Shown here in pieces: positions 13,492-13,546 of a DNA stretch of 13,546 nucleotides. The stretch's first letter is position 1, and each line of letters opens with the position of its first letter. Under the pieces are notes generated by a model that saw nothing but the letters and a program-made list of their open reading frames with translations, searched no databases and was not told the origin of the DNA. The translations under genes and the position numbers were made by a program. The stretch lies in IMG/VR virus record IMGVR_UViG_3300045988_094367; one strand, given 5' to 3'. The DNA comes from a virus.

Positions 13492-13546
13492 TTTCATTTG
13501 ATATATTCATTATAGCAGTTATTTGGATTTATTGCAACCATTATTT
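13492..13546. repeat. Right inverted terminal repeat (ITR), 55 bp
   Basis: Exact reverse complement of positions 1-55. Confidence 0.95.
13509..13537 (-). promoter_or_regulatory. Early promoter embedded in the right ITR
   Basis: On the minus strand: TTGCAA (13537-13532), a 17-nt spacer ending in TGc, then TATAAT (13514-13509). It reads into the first early gene, with a predicted +1 near 13502, SD at 13486-13491 and ATG at 13477. Confidence 0.6.

Larger units (their letters stand above)
1..13546 (-). other. Complete linear genome of a small phi29-like protein-primed podophage (ITR to ITR), all genes on the minus strand
   Basis: Perfect 55-bp inverted repeats sit exactly at both window edges. 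The gene set is terminal protein candidate, protein-primed PolB, gp16-like ATPase, gp8-like capsid, gp10-like connector and tail genes, with no cellular genes. Confidence 0.85.

Noticed and set aside
13478-13510. The ATG at 13510 as the start of the first early gene (MNISNEREVSEM...).
   Set aside because: This ATG overlaps the -10 box (TATAATG) inside the ITR, so it would lie upstream of the predicted transcription start, and it has no SD. The ATG at 13477 follows GAGAGG at 8 nt.
1-13546. Searched by eye for tRNA/rRNA genes, integrase or repressor (lysogeny) genes, and defence or anti-defence cassettes.
   Set aside because: There is no cloverleaf-capable non-coding segment; the only gap over 70 nt is 7863-8073. 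No recombinase, HTH-repressor or nuclease motifs were recognised. The content is consistent with a strictly lytic minimal phage.

Overview
This 13,546-bp window appears to be a complete linear dsDNA genome of a very small phi29-like (protein-primed, Picovirinae-type) podophage, not a chromosomal fragment. Positions 1-55 and 13492-13546 are perfect inverted terminal repeats that start exactly at the window edges. All 17 convincing genes lie on the minus strand. They are tightly packed, often translationally coupled (ATGA / TAATG overlaps), and preceded by G-rich Shine-Dalgarno runs. In transcription order (right to left):
- ITR with an embedded near-consensus promoter.
- Small early ORFs: a paralogous pair, one of which looks frameshifted, then a Cys-rich CxxC protein and one unknown.
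- Candidate terminal protein, then a family-B protein-primed DNA polymerase.
- A perfect TTGACA-17-TATAAT promoter.
- A small ORF, a p5-like SSB candidate and a gp16-like packaging ATPase.
- A 211-nt ORF-free, GC-enriched island with a multi-helix fold. This is the most interesting element: a candidate pRNA-like ncRNA or a structured late leader.
- BhlA/UviB-like holin, a stand-alone SH3b protein, a Q-rich tandem-repeat scaffold candidate and a gp8-like capsid protein.
- Tail-knob candidate, an NlpC/P60 + lysozyme-like hydrolase, a gp10-like connector, a lower-collar candidate and a beta-helix tail fibre.
- The left ITR.

I saw no tRNA, rRNA, CRISPR, integrase or lysogeny module. Low GC, strong SDs, the SH3b domain and the BhlA-type holin point to a Gram-positive (Firmicutes) host; this is inference. 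Homology statements rest on motif recognition and remembered phi29 sequences, not on searches.
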